Shown here: positions 9,006-18,578 of the stretch, piece after piece
Position numbering within the stretch: position 1 is the first letter of the stretch
Layout: every line of letters begins with the position of its first letter
The notes under the pieces: model-generated
Database searches by the model: none
What the model was told of the DNA's origin: nothing
What the model saw: the letters and a program-made list of their open reading frames with translations, nothing else
Source: Acetobacteraceae bacterium
GTDB lineage: Bacteria; Pseudomonadota; Alphaproteobacteria; Acetobacterales; Acetobacteraceae
Reading direction: 5' to 3'
Assembly (NCBI GenBank): GCA_035685165.1
Contig: DASRBI010000011.1
Coordinates: 32,402-96,401, forward strand
DNA length: 64,000 nucleotides
Translations under genes and position numbers: made by a program

Positions 9006-11046
9006 CCCGGGAAGTCTCGGGCGTACCGGCCAGACGCAGGCCCTGGGCGAAGATGTCGCGATCCACCTCCCGCGCGAACGGCGCCGCGGCAAGGAACTTG
9101 CTGACCGTGAAGTCGGGCTCCAGCGCGCGCAAACGCTTCAGCACCGCGGCGGCCTCCTGCCGCCGGCCGAGATGGCCGAGTGCCGCGAGATAAGCCTTGT
9201 AGCCGGCCGAAAGCCCGGGGTTCATCTGCGTCACGTTGCGCCCGGCCGTCACGGCGGCCTCAAAGTCGCGCTGCAAGAGACGGATGATGGTGAAGAACCC
9301 GTCGAAGATGAAGGCGTAGGGATCGAGCGGCGACAGCCGCTTGTAGCGGGTGATGCGCCGCTCGGCCTCGGCGATGTCGCCGAAATAGGCGTGCGCGATC
9401 GCCGACAGCGCCCAGGCCATGGCGAGGTTCGGATTTAACGCGAGCGCGCGCTCATGCAGCGCGATGGCATCGAGCAGCTCGCGATCGAGGAAAGCCCGCA
9501 CGTGGCCGGCAATGGTGAGCGCGCGCGCATCCATGGGGTCGAGCTGGATCGCGCGCTCGGCGAGCTTGCCCGCCTCCGCCATCGCCGCCTCGGGCTCCGC
9601 GGCCCAGCCCTGACCGACCAGGAACACATGCCAATAGGCGCGCCAGGCGTGGGCGGCGGCATAGTCGGGATCGGCCTCGATCGCCTTCTGCAGATAGGCG
9701 CCGGCCTGGGTGAAGGGCTCCCGCTCCATGCGGTTCATCTGCGGCAGAGCGCGGAGCAGCAGATCATAGGCGCTGGCCGCCGAAGGCGCCTGGGCGGCGC
9801 TGCGCCGGGCCTCGATCAGCAATATCTCGGGGTCGATCTGCGCCACCACCTCGGCGGCGATCTCGTCCTGCAGCGACAGCAGATCGCTCGCCGAGCGATC
9901 GAACCGGCGCGCCCAGACGACTTGGCTGTTGGCACGCAGATCGAGCAGCCGCGCGGTGATCCTGAGACGGTCGCGGACCCGCTGGACCGTGCCGTCGAGC
10001 ACGAAATCGAGCCCGAACATGGCGCGCAGCTCGGCCTCGTCGCGGGACTCCTCGGCGAAGCGCGCCAGCGAGCCGGAGGAGACCACGAACAGCCAGCGCA
10101 GACGCGAGAGTGCGTTGGTGATCTCGTCGGCAAGGCCGGTGGCGAGATGGCCGTCCTCGCCGGATGTGCCGACCAACTGGAACGGCAGTACGCCGATATG
10201 CGCCCCGCCCCTGTTGCCGGATTGCAGCGAGGACGCATCCGCCGGGGTCTCAATGCGCGGCGGCGGCAGCGGCGGCGGACGCAGCGGCAGGCGGGAGCCG
10301 GAGGGACCGCGGATCTCGGCCAGGAGCTTCTGCGTCTCCTGCGAGGGTGCGGCATCGAGCAGGTCGGCCAGCACGGCGCGGCAGCGGTCATAGGCCTGAA
10401 TTGCCATGCCGCGCTCGCCGCGGGCGGCGTGCGCACGCATAAGAGCCCGCCAGGCCCCTTCATGCGCACGGTCGATCGCGAGCAGCCGCTGCGCGGCCGG
10501 GATGGTGGATTCCGGGTCGTCCTTCTCCGCCAGCAGACGCTCCGCCAGGGCGCGGCCACGGTCGCGCAGGCGCTCGCGCTCGGTCGCGAGCCACATGTCG
10601 AAGGTGGGATCGAGCCCATCGAGGTCTTCGAGCAGATCGCCTTCCAGTAGCCCGAGCGCGGCGGGATGCTCCACCGTGGCGCGCATGACCTCCTCGACGT
10701 CGATCCACGCCGCGCCCGGCCGGAGGCCGACGTGATCGCGCGTGACCTGGAGGACATCGGGTCCGGCGGGGGCGAGCGTCTCCAACAGCCGGTGCAGCTC
10801 CTGGCGGAGCGAGGCACGCGCCTGCTCCTCCGGCCGGCGGCTCCACAGCATCTCGGCAAGGCGCCCGCGCAGGGCGGGACGCGGCGAGGAGAGCGCGACG
10901 ATGGCCAGCAGGGCGCGCGTCTTGCGACCGGTCGGCAGCACGCTTTGCGAGCCGAGGGTCCACGCCTCCATCTGGCCGATCAGCCGCAAGCGAAGCACGG
11001 CACCGGGTTGGACCGCGGCCGGCCGCGTCGGGATATCAACCATCAC
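8965..11046 (-). CDS. SARP-type regulator: winged-helix + BTAD + TolB-N-like (COG5616-type) module + TPR repeats
   Basis: N-terminus [12 protein letters not shown]...[13 protein letters not shown]...[21 protein letters not shown]...[34 protein letters not shown]. Middle [40 protein letters not shown]...[22 protein letters not shown]-terminus has TPR-like AxxxYxKAIxxDP repeats. Confidence 0.7.
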   Translation of the reverse strand: MMVDIPTRPAAVQPGAVLRLRLIGQMEAWTLGSQSVLPTGRKTRALLAIVALSSPRPALRGRLAEMLWSRRPEEQARASLRQELHRLLETLAPAGPDVLQVTRDHVGLRPGAAWIDVEEVMRATVEHPAALGLLEGDLLEDLDGLDPTFDMWLATERERLRDRGRALAERLLAEKDDPESTIPAAQRLLAIDRAHEGAWRALMRAHAARGERGMAIQAYDRCRAVLADLLDAAPSQETQKLLAEIRGPSGSRLPLRPPPLPPPRIETPADASSLQSGNRGGAHIGVLPFQLVGTSGEDGHLATGLADEITNALSRLRWLFVVSSGSLARFAEESRDEAELRAMFGLDFVLDGTVQRVRDRLRITARLLDLRANSQVVWARRFDRSASDLLSLQDEIAAEVVAQIDPEILLIEARRSAAQAPSAASAYDLLLRALPQMNRMEREPFTQAGAYLQKAIEADPDYAAAHAWRAYWHVFLVGQGWAAEPEAAMAEAGKLAERAIQLDPMDARALTIAGHVRAFLDRELLDAIALHERALALNPNLAMAWALSAIAHAYFGDIAEAERRITRYKRLSPLDPYAFIFDGFFTIIRLLQRDFEAAVTAGRNVTQMNPGLSAGYKAYLAALGHLGRRQEAAAVLKRLRALEPDFTVSKFLAAAPFAREVDRDIFAQGLRLAGTPETSRDAAGPKPAAIGIG

Positions 11047-11117
11047 AATCTTGTATTTGTGCCGATCGCAGTTGCAAAAGCAAGCCGAGGTGCACGCGGC
11101 GCGGAGCGGAATCGTCC

Positions 11118-12482
11118 CTAGACCGCTGCACCCGCGAAGATCGGCCGCACATCGCCACCCCAGCTATCACGAAACCGTGACAGCCAGAACTCGGCTTGCG
11201 AGGGCGCGCCCGCTGCCAGCGCATGCAGCGGGTCGAGATAGACCGATTCGTCCGCGCCCGCGGCGTTGCGGCGATCGCGCGCGCGCAGCCCGCCGGCGGC
11301 GATGGCGAGCGCGTCCCGCGCCCAGTGGCGCAAGGGCCGGCCCCGGAGGGGCGTATCCAGGCCGAGTCGCGGCACCGCGTCGCGCGCGGCGACCGCATCG
11401 AGCCAGCCGATCCCCCGGGTCAGCGCGACCGCCGCCTCCAAGGCCGCCCCGTCGTAGAGAAGGCCTACCCAGAAGGCGGACTGCGCCAACATCATGGCCG
11501 GGGTGCCGGCATCGGCGCCGCGCATCTCCAGAAATCGCTTGATCCGCACATCGGTGAACACGGTGGTCACGTGGTCGGCGAAGTCGCCCACCGTCGCGGC
11601 CTCGCCCGCCAGATTATGCAGCCGCCCTTCCATGAAGGCGCGGAAGGAGGCGCCCGCGACGTCGATGTAGCGGCCGTCGCGATAAACGAAATACATCGGC
11701 ACGGAGTCGATCAGCCACTCGGCGTAGCGTTCGAACCCGAATCCGTCCTCGAACATCACCGCGGGAATGCCGGAGCGGTCGTTGTCGGTGTCGGTCCAGG
11801 CATGGGCGCGGGTGCTGAGAAACCCGGTCGGCCGGCCGAGCGCGAAGGGGGAATTGGCGAACAGGGCGGTCGCCAGCGGCTGCAACCGAAGCCCGACCCG
11901 CAGCTTGCGGACCATGTCGGCCTCGGAGGCGTAGTCGAGGTTCACCTGCACCGTGCAGGTACGGGTCATCATGTCGAGCCCGAGCCCGCCCACGAGCGGC
12001 ATGTAGCGGCGCATGATCGCGTAGCGGCCCTTCGGCATCCAGGGCATCGCCTCGCGCGCCATCGTGGGATGGAACCCGAGCGGGGCGAAGCCGATGCCGA
12101 GCGGCTCGGCGGCGGCGCGCACCGCAGCGAGATGCGCCTCCAGCTCTGCCTTCGTCTCGTGCAGCGTCTCGAGCGGCGCGCCGGAAAGCTCGAGCTGGCC
12201 CGCCGGCTCCAGCGCGATCGAAGCGCCGCCCGGCAGTTGCAGGCCGATCGGGTTGCCCCGGTCGAGGATCGGCGTGCCGCCCTGGCGGCTCAGGTTCTCC
12301 AATAGAGGGCGGATGCCGCCCTCGTAAGGGGGCGGCGCGAGGTCGCTCAGCCGGAAGCCAAACTTCTCGTGCTCGGTGCCGATGCGGAACGCGCTCGCCG
12401 GCTTGCAGCCGGCCGCCACCCAGTCGGCAAGCTGGCGCACGGAGGCGATCGGGGTGGCGTCAGCGTCGCCGGGGTTCGACAT
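11118..12482 (-). CDS. gshA: glutamate--cysteine ligase (GCS2 / plant-proteobacterial type)
   Basis: RIGTEHEKFGF...LEPAGQLELSGAPL...MPKGRYAIMRRYMP...TCTVQVNLDY...LFANSPF. Confidence 0.9.
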   Translation of the reverse strand: MSNPGDADATPIASVRQLADWVAAGCKPASAFRIGTEHEKFGFRLSDLAPPPYEGGIRPLLENLSRQGGTPILDRGNPIGLQLPGGASIALEPAGQLELSGAPLETLHETKAELEAHLAAVRAAAEPLGIGFAPLGFHPTMAREAMPWMPKGRYAIMRRYMPLVGGLGLDMMTRTCTVQVNLDYASEADMVRKLRVGLRLQPLATALFANSPFALGRPTGFLSTRAHAWTDTDNDRSGIPAVMFEDGFGFERYAEWLIDSVPMYFVYRDGRYIDVAGASFRAFMEGRLHNLAGEAATVGDFADHVTTVFTDVRIKRFLEMRGADAGTPAMMLAQSAFWVGLLYDGAALEAAVALTRGIGWLDAVAARDAVPRLGLDTPLRGRPLRHWARDALAIAAGGLRARDRRNAAGADESVYLDPLHALAAGAPSQAEFWLSRFRDSWGGDVRPIFAGAAV

Positions 12483-12518
12483 GTGGCTCGGGGCGTCTCG
12501 GGGTTGATGGCAGAATAT

Positions 12519-13226
12519 TCAGTCGCGCCCTTCGGCCTGCAACAGCGCGAGCCCGGCGAACGCGGCGGTCTCCGCCCGCAGGATGCGCGGACCAAGGCTG
12601 ACTGGGCGAACAAAGGGGACGCGCGCGAGCGCGTCAAGCTCGGCCGGGGTGAACCCGCCCTCGGGTCCGATCAGAAGCCCGGCCGCGCCGGTGGCGGGCG
12701 GCGGGCGGGCACCGTCCGTCCGTTCCAGCGCGGCGTAAAGCGGTCGCTCCGGGGGCCAAGTCTCCAGCAAGGCGGCGAGGCGTTGCGGCGGATGGATTGC
12801 CGGGACGGTCAGCCGTTCGCTTTGTTCGGCCGCCTCGGCGGCGATGGCGGCGAGCCGCGCTTCGTTCACCCGTGCGGCGTTGGTGCGCTCGGTAATCAGG
12901 GGAAACAGCGCGGCCGCGCCGAGTTCGGTCGCCTTCTGCACGACGAGATCGGTGGCATCGCGCTTGAGCAGGGCGAAGACGAGCCAAAGGTCGGGCTCCG
13001 CGCGCTGCGGGCGCAGCCGGCGCTCGGCGATCAGGCCGGCCGCGCCACGGCCGAGCGTTGCGATGCGCGCCAGCCATTCGCCGTCGGCGCCGTTGAACAG
13101 AAGGACGTGATCACCGACCGCCCGGCGCATCACCGCGCCGAGATAGCGCGCCTGCTCGGGCGTGGCCGCGACGGCGGCGCCCTCGGCCAGCGGCGCGGCG
13201 ACGAACAGGCGGATTGACCCCGGCAT
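12519..13226 (-). CDS. rsmE: 16S rRNA (uracil1498-N3)-methyltransferase
   Basis: IRLFV...HVLLFNGADGEW...LKRDATDLVVQKATELG...LLIGPEGGFTPAE...VSLGPRILRAETA. Confidence 0.9.
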   Translation of the reverse strand: MPGSIRLFVAAPLAEGAAVAATPEQARYLGAVMRRAVGDHVLLFNGADGEWLARIATLGRGAAGLIAERRLRPQRAEPDLWLVFALLKRDATDLVVQKATELGAAALFPLITERTNAARVNEARLAAIAAEAAEQSERLTVPAIHPPQRLAALLETWPPERPLYAALERTDGARPPPATGAAGLLIGPEGGFTPAELDALARVPFVRPVSLGPRILRAETAAFAGLALLQAEGRD

Positions 13227-13248
13227 GACGCCGCGCAGATTAGCCGCG

Positions 13249-14148
13249 ATGTCCGCCCATACCGATATCGTCGCCGATGGCTGGGTCGCGTGCCTGCCGC
13301 GCGCGGCGCGGCCCTATGCGCTGCTGGCGCGGCTCGACCGGCCGATCGGCGTGTGGCTGCTGTTCCTGCCCGGATTGTGGGGCATCCTGCTGGCCCGGCC
13401 CGGCGCGGCGCGCGCGGCGTGGCTCGCGTCCCTGTTCGCCGTCGGCAGCGTGGTGATGCGCGCGGCCGGTTGCGTCGTGAACGATCTCTGGGACCGCGAC
13501 ATCGACGGCAAGGTGGCGCGCACGGCGAACCGGCCGCTCGCTTCGGGGATGCTGTCGCCGTGGCAGGCGCTCGCGTTTTTGGCCGTGCTGCTGCTGGCAG
13601 GGCTCGCAATCCTGTTGCAACTGCCGCCGCTCGCCGTGGCGCTGGGCGTGGCGTCGCTCGTCTTGGTCGGCACCTATCCGCTGGCGAAGCGGGTGACATG
13701 GTGGCCGCAGCTCGTGATGGGGTTCACGTTCGGCTTCGGCGCCCCGCTCGGCTACGCGGCGGCGGCGGAGCGCATCGACTGGGCCTGGGCCGCTTTGTAC
13801 GCGGCCTCGGTGTTCTGGGATCTCGGCTTCGACACGATCTACGCCCACCAGGACCGCGAGGACGACGCGCTCGCCGGGGTGAAATCGACCGCGCGCCTGT
13901 TCGGCGAGCGGACGCGCCCGTTTCTCGCGGTTTGCTATGCGCTCTGCGTGGCTGCGCTCGCCGCGGCGGGGCTTGCGGCGGGGCTCGCGCGCTGGTTTCT
14001 GCCGTGCCTCGTTCTGCCCGCCGCGATGCTCGGCTGGCAGGTAGCGCGGCTCGACATCCACGACCCGGCCGGATGCCTGCGGCTCTTTCGCTTCAACCGC
14101 GAGACCGGACTGGCGATCGCCGCGGCGCTGCTGGCGGGGTGGGTGTGA
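13249..14148 (+). CDS. ubiA: 4-hydroxybenzoate polyprenyltransferase
   Basis: ARLDRPIGVWLLFLPGLWG...AAGCVVNDLWDRDIDGKVARTANRPLASG...YAHQDREDD. Start set at MSAHTD (ATG 13249). The earlier starts would overlap the divergent rsmE start. Confidence 0.9.
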   Translation: MSAHTDIVADGWVACLPRAARPYALLARLDRPIGVWLLFLPGLWGILLARPGAARAAWLASLFAVGSVVMRAAGCVVNDLWDRDIDGKVARTANRPLASGMLSPWQALAFLAVLLLAGLAILLQLPPLAVALGVASLVLVGTYPLAKRVTWWPQLVMGFTFGFGAPLGYAAAAERIDWAWAALYAASVFWDLGFDTIYAHQDREDDALAGVKSTARLFGERTRPFLAVCYALCVAALAAAGLAAGLARWFLPCLVLPAAMLGWQVARLDIHDPAGCLRLFRFNRETGLAIAAALLAGWV

Positions 14149-14162
14149 ACGGATCTCCGGCC

Positions 14163-14202
14163 CGCCCTCACCCGAAGCGCGTTGCGCGCCGGCCTCTCCC
14201 GC
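14163..14202. repeat. inverted copy of the GCGGGAGAGG...GGTGAGGGC repeat
   Basis: The reverse complement reads gcgggagaggccggcgcgcaacgcgcttcgggtgagggc, with the same termini as 5827-5868. Confidence 0.5.
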
Positions 14203-14221
14203 GAAACGGCGGAGGCGACCG

Positions 14222-15004
14222 TTAAACCTGCCGCTCGACGATAAGCTGCTTGATCGCCGCGATCGCCTTCGCCGGGTTGAGGTTCTTGGGGCAGGTATCC
14301 GTGCAGTTCATAATCGTGTGGCAGCGATAGAGCTTGAACGGGTCCTCCAGCGCGTCCAGCCGTTCGCCCGTATACTCGTCCCGCGAATCCGCGATCCAGC
14401 GATAGGCCTGGAGCAATACGGCGGGGCCGAGATAGCGGTCGCCGTTCCACCAGTAGCTCGGGCAGGAAGTGGAGCAGCAGAAGCAGAGGATGCACTCCCA
14501 GAGCCCGTCGAGCTTGGCGCGCTCCGCGTGGCTTTGCAGCCGCTCCCGGTCGGGCGGCGCGGGCGTGTCGGACTTGAGCCACGGTTCGATGGAGCGAAGC
14601 TGCGCGTAAACCTGGCTGAGGTCGGGCACGAGGTCCTTCACCACCGGCATGTGCGGCAGCGGCGTAATGCGCACCGCACCCTTCACCTCGTCGATCGGCT
14701 TCAGGCAGGCGAGCGTGTTGCCGCCGTCGATGTTCATCGCGCAGGAACCGCAGATGCCCTCGCGGCAGGAGCGGCGGAACGTCAGCGTCGGATCGACCTC
14801 ATTCTTTATCTTGATGAGCGCGTCGAGAACCATCGGCCCGCAGTTGTCGAGGTCGATTTCGTAGCTGTCGGTGCGCGGGTTCTCGCCGCTGTCGGGATCC
14901 CAGCGGTAGATGCGGAACTCGCGCACGCGCTTGGCGTTCGCGGGCGCCTTGTAGGTCTTGCCCGCCGTGATGCGGCTGTTGCGGGGGAGGGTGAAGGCGA
15001 CCAT
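14222..15004 (-). CDS. sdhB: succinate dehydrogenase iron-sulfur subunit
   Basis: [19 protein letters not shown]...[16 protein letters not shown]...[13 protein letters not shown]. Confidence 0.95.
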   Translation of the reverse strand: MVAFTLPRNSRITAGKTYKAPANAKRVREFRIYRWDPDSGENPRTDSYEIDLDNCGPMVLDALIKIKNEVDPTLTFRRSCREGICGSCAMNIDGGNTLACLKPIDEVKGAVRITPLPHMPVVKDLVPDLSQVYAQLRSIEPWLKSDTPAPPDRERLQSHAERAKLDGLWECILCFCCSTSCPSYWWNGDRYLGPAVLLQAYRWIADSRDEYTGERLDALEDPFKLYRCHTIMNCTDTCPKNLNPAKAIAAIKQLIVERQV

Positions 15005-15062
15005 TGGCGGGTCCTTGCTCTCTCGCTCTAAGGAACGGTTCGTTAAGGCTCGACTGCCATAA

Positions 15063-15153
15063 CGTCATCCCCGCGAAAGCAGGGACGCATCGCCAAGCAA
15101 CCGAGATGTCCGGGCCTTGCGTCTGTATCCCCGCTTTTGCGACGGTGATGACG
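15063..15153. repeat. ~90-nt imperfect palindromic element (CGTCAT-terminal family) between sdhA and sdhB
   Basis: Starts cgtcatccccgcgaaagcagggacgca and ends tgcgtctgtatccccgcttttgcgacggtgatgacg; the two halves are inverted complements. Translates to the repeat-typical VIPAKAGTH. Confidence 0.6.
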
Positions 15154-15171
15154 TATTGGGGAACATTCCTC

Positions 15172-16983
15172 TCAATAAACCCGCTTCTTCGGCGGAAACA
15201 CCGAGACCTCGTTGGTCAACGTCCGCATCTTCACCGGACGGTAATCGAGGCGCACCGTGCCGTCCGCGTCGAGCCACGAAAGCGTGTGCTTCATCCAGTG
15301 CTGATCGTCGCGCTCGGGATAGTCGTCATGGGCATGCGCGCCGCGGCTTTCTGTGCGGGCCTCGGCACTCGTCATCGTGGTCATCGCGTTGCCCATCAGG
15401 TTTTGCAGCTCCAGCGCCTCCATCAAGTCGCTGTTCCAGATCAGGCCGCGGTCGGCAACGGACATGTCGCCGAGACCATCCCAGACCCGCTTCATCTGCG
15501 CCACACCCTCGGCGAGCGTCTTGCTGTTGCGGAACACCGCGGCGTGGGTCTGCATGGTGCGTTGCATGTCGAGCCGCAGATCCGCGACGCGCGTGCCACC
15601 GCGCGCATGGCGCGCCTTGTCGAACCGTTCGAGCGACTCCTCGCCGGCCTTCGGCGGCAGCGGCGCCTGCGTCGCTCCGGGGCGGATCGTCTCGGCGGCG
15701 CGGTGGGCGGCGGCGCGGCCGAACACCACGAGATCGAGCAGCGAATTGGTGCCAAGCCGGTTCGCGCCGTGCACCGAGACGCAGGCGCACTCGCCGACCG
15801 CCATCAGGCCGGGGATTACGGCATCGGGATCATCGGCAGTCGGGCGCAGCACCTCGCCGTGATAGTTCGTGGGGATACCGCCCATGTTGTAGTGCACCGT
15901 CGGCAGCACCGGGATCGGGTCCTTCGTTACGTCCACGCCCGCGAACACGCGCGCGGTTTCCGAGATGCCGGGCAGACGCTCGTGCAGGATGTCGGCGCCA
16001 AGATGCTCGAGATGCAGCAGGATGTGGTCCTTGTTCGGTCCGCAGCCACGGCCCTCGTTGATCTCGATAGTCATCGAGCGCGACACCACATCGCGCGACG
16101 CCAGATCCTTCGCGGTCGGCGCGTACCGCTCCATGAAGCGTTCGCCTTCGGAGTTGGTGAGATAACCCCCCTCGCCGCGCGCGCCTTCGGTTATCAGGCA
16201 ACCGGCGGGGAAGATGCCCGTCGGGTGGAACTGCACGAATTCCATGTCCTGGCAGGGCAGACCCGCGCGCAGCACCATGCCGTTGCCGTCGCCCGTGCAG
16301 GTGTGCGCCGAGGTGCAGGAGAGATAGGCGCGGCCGTAGCCGCCCGTGGCCAGCACCACCGTTTGCGCGCGGAAGCGGTGCATCGAACCATCTTCCAGGC
16401 ACCAGGCGGTGACGCCGCGGCAAGCGCCCTCCTGATCGATGATGAGGTCGAGCGCGAAATACTCGATGAAAAACTCCACTTCGTGCTTGAGGCATTGCTG
16501 ATAAAGCGTGTGCAGGATGGCATGGCCGGTGCGGTCGGCCGCCGCGCAGGCGCGCTGCGCGGGTTCCTTGCCGTAGTCCTTCATGTGGCCGCCGAACGGG
16601 CGCTGGTAAATCTTGCCGTCCTCGGTGCGGCTGAACGGCACGCCGAAATGCTCAAGCTCGTATACGGCCGGGATCGCCTCGCGGCACATGTACTCGATCG
16701 CGTCCTGGTCGCCGAGCCAGTCCGATCCCTTCACGGTGTCGTACATGTGCCAGCGCCAATCATCTTCGCCCATGTTGCCGAGGGCGGCGCCGATACCGCC
16801 CTGCGCGGCGACGGTGTGGCTGCGCGTGGGGAAGACCTTGGTGATGCAGGCAGTCTTGAGCCCGCCCGCGCCCATTCCGAGCGTGGCGCGCAGGCCGGAG
16901 CCGCCGGCGCCCACCACCACCACGTCATAGCTGTGATCGACGAAATTGTAGGCACGCTGCGAGGGCATGGTGATGGCGTTCAT
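15172..16983 (-). CDS. sdhA: succinate dehydrogenase flavoprotein subunit
   Basis: [15 protein letters not shown]...HTVAAQGGI...FVQFHPTG...RGEGG...HGANRLG. Start set at MNAITMPSQ (ATG 16983). Confidence 0.95.
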   Translation of the reverse strand: MNAITMPSQRAYNFVDHSYDVVVVGAGGSGLRATLGMGAGGLKTACITKVFPTRSHTVAAQGGIGAALGNMGEDDWRWHMYDTVKGSDWLGDQDAIEYMCREAIPAVYELEHFGVPFSRTEDGKIYQRPFGGHMKDYGKEPAQRACAAADRTGHAILHTLYQQCLKHEVEFFIEYFALDLIIDQEGACRGVTAWCLEDGSMHRFRAQTVVLATGGYGRAYLSCTSAHTCTGDGNGMVLRAGLPCQDMEFVQFHPTGIFPAGCLITEGARGEGGYLTNSEGERFMERYAPTAKDLASRDVVSRSMTIEINEGRGCGPNKDHILLHLEHLGADILHERLPGISETARVFAGVDVTKDPIPVLPTVHYNMGGIPTNYHGEVLRPTADDPDAVIPGLMAVGECACVSVHGANRLGTNSLLDLVVFGRAAAHRAAETIRPGATQAPLPPKAGEESLERFDKARHARGGTRVADLRLDMQRTMQTHAAVFRNSKTLAEGVAQMKRVWDGLGDMSVADRGLIWNSDLMEALELQNLMGNAMTTMTSAEARTESRGAHAHDDYPERDDQHWMKHTLSWLDADGTVRLDYRPVKMRTLTNEVSVFPPKKRVY

Positions 16984-16993
16984 CGAAAATCCC

Positions 16994-17398
16994 CTACAGG
17001 CCGAGACGGAGTGCCGAGATGATGCAAAGCAGCGCGGCGACGACGCAGATGCCGCGGATGAGCAGCAAGAGCGACATACGAGCCGCCTCGTGGTGCACAT
17101 AGTCCTCCACCACGACGCGCAGGCCGAGATCCATGTGGCGGAAGGTGGCGACGATCAGGCAGAGCATGAGCACGAGCGGCAGCGGCGCGTGCAGCCACGC
17201 GATCATGCCGGCGCGCGTCGTGCCCTCGAGCGAGACCGCCGAGGCGATGAACCAGAGCGTGAGCGGCACCAGCGCGATCGAGGTAAGGCGCTCGGCCCAC
17301 CAGGTGCCGGAGCCGGCGCGCGCCGCGCCGAGGCCGCGCACGCGGCCGAGCTGCGAGCGGAGGATATCGACGCGGACGGTCTTGCCTGATGCTGCCAT
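16994..17398 (-). CDS. sdhD: succinate dehydrogenase membrane anchor subunit
   Basis: 134-aa C-terminal part of ORF 16994..17737, from MAASGKTV. Three TM segments. Its ATG overlaps the sdhC stop. Confidence 0.85.
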   Translation of the reverse strand: MAASGKTVRVDILRSQLGRVRGLGAARAGSGTWWAERLTSIALVPLTLWFIASAVSLEGTTRAGMIAWLHAPLPLVLMLCLIVATFRHMDLGLRVVVEDYVHHEAARMSLLLLIRGICVVAALLCIISALRLGL

Positions 17399-17829
17399 CA
17401 CCACACCACGAAGCCGATGATCCAGACGATCAAGGTCAGCACGACAGTGGCGGCGACCACCGCCCAGCCGGTCGTGCGGTAGATGCGGTTCTCGAACCCC
17501 CAGCCGGCGTCCCACGCGAGATGGCGGATGCCCTGGAAGAAGTGGAACACGAGCGCCGCCGACCAGCAGAGCAGCAAAAAGACGCCGAAGCCCGAGCCGA
17601 GGAAGGCCTGCACGGTGGCGAACGCCGAATCGGATGCCGCCGCGGCCACCAGCCACCAAGTGAACAGCAAGGTGCCGACCGCCACGCCGACGCCGCTGAT
17701 GCGGTGACCGATCGAGAGCGCCATGCTGACCGGCCACCTATAGACTTGCAGATGCGGCGAGAGCGGCCGCACGGCCAGCTTGCCGTCACTGGTGCGCCCG
17801 AGCATGAGCGCGTCGCGGACATCCTTCAC
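17398..17829 (-). CDS. sdhC: succinate dehydrogenase cytochrome b556 subunit
   Basis: RPLSPHLQVYRWPVSMALSIGHRISG...HLAWDAG; first gene of sdhCDAB. Confidence 0.85.
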   Translation of the reverse strand: MKDVRDALMLGRTSDGKLAVRPLSPHLQVYRWPVSMALSIGHRISGVGVAVGTLLFTWWLVAAAASDSAFATVQAFLGSGFGVFLLLCWSAALVFHFFQGIRHLAWDAGWGFENRIYRTTGWAVVAATVVLTLIVWIIGFVVW

Positions 17830-17885
17830 GGCAGCCCCATTTAGTTCGATGCCTAATGCTTCGATATCGTCCTATTACGGCCTAT

Positions 17886-18368
17886 TTACTCTGGGGACCG
17901 CACAGCGTCAATGGCGTCGTTGGCGGTCAATGCGAACAGTGGACGCACGTCAGCCATAACGCGCGCGAGGTTCCGCCCGACGCGGACGAGCGCCTCATCC
18001 CAGGCGAAAATGCCGAAGCGGTCGAATTCCGGCAGCACCGCGCCGTCGCGGGCGGTGTAGCAGGAGGCGCAAACCAGCGCGGCGGGATCGGGCAGCGCCC
18101 GCACGTGCCACGCGAACAGCGCGAGATCCTTGGCGGGCAGGTAGGCGTGGCGGCCGAGATCGCGAAGCTGCTCGGGGTCGGCGCGCAGGCCGGTTTCCTC
18201 GGCAAGCTCCCGGAGCGCTGCGGCGCGCGGCGACTCGCCGGGTTCGGCAATGCCCTTGGGGATGTCCCAGCGTGGCGAGCGGCTGGCATGGCCGAGGAGC
18301 AGGCTGGGTCCGTCGGTGACGAGAACGCCACAACTTAGCGCACGCGGGCGATGCGGCTTGGGCGGCAT
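17886..18368 (-). CDS. NUDIX hydrolase
   Basis: Nudix box PKGIAEPGESPRAAALRELAEETGL. Start set at MPPKPH (ATG 18368). The 64 codons upstream in the track ORF are partly low-complexity. Confidence 0.8.
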   Translation of the reverse strand: MPPKPHRPRALSCGVLVTDGPSLLLGHASRSPRWDIPKGIAEPGESPRAAALRELAEETGLRADPEQLRDLGRHAYLPAKDLALFAWHVRALPDPAALVCASCYTARDGAVLPEFDRFGIFAWDEALVRVGRNLARVMADVRPLFALTANDAIDAVRSPE

Positions 18369-18578
18369 CAGGTGCCGCCGACCGCCTCCAGCGCGCGGGC
18401 CGCCGCGGTCTCCGCCTCGGCGGCAATCGCGGCGATCATCGGCCACCTCGCCCCCGCATCCCTCCAGCACCGCTACGCCCAGCAAGAGCGACACGCCTTG
18501 CTTGGCGCGAGTCGCTGCGTCCTGGTCGGGATCGAACGCGACTTCCACGCGGCGAGGCACGGCTTAGCCGTAGCGGCT

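Noticed and set aside
17886-18560. The NUDIX hydrolase as a 224-aa protein using the full track ORF.
   Set aside because: Residues 41-64 of the extension are RRDCRRGGDRGGPRAGGGRRH-type text typical of an off-frame reading. A shorter NUDIX protein starting at ATG 18368 with a TGATG junction is more plausible. The extension is discussed in the findings as a possible frameshifted upstream mini-ORF.
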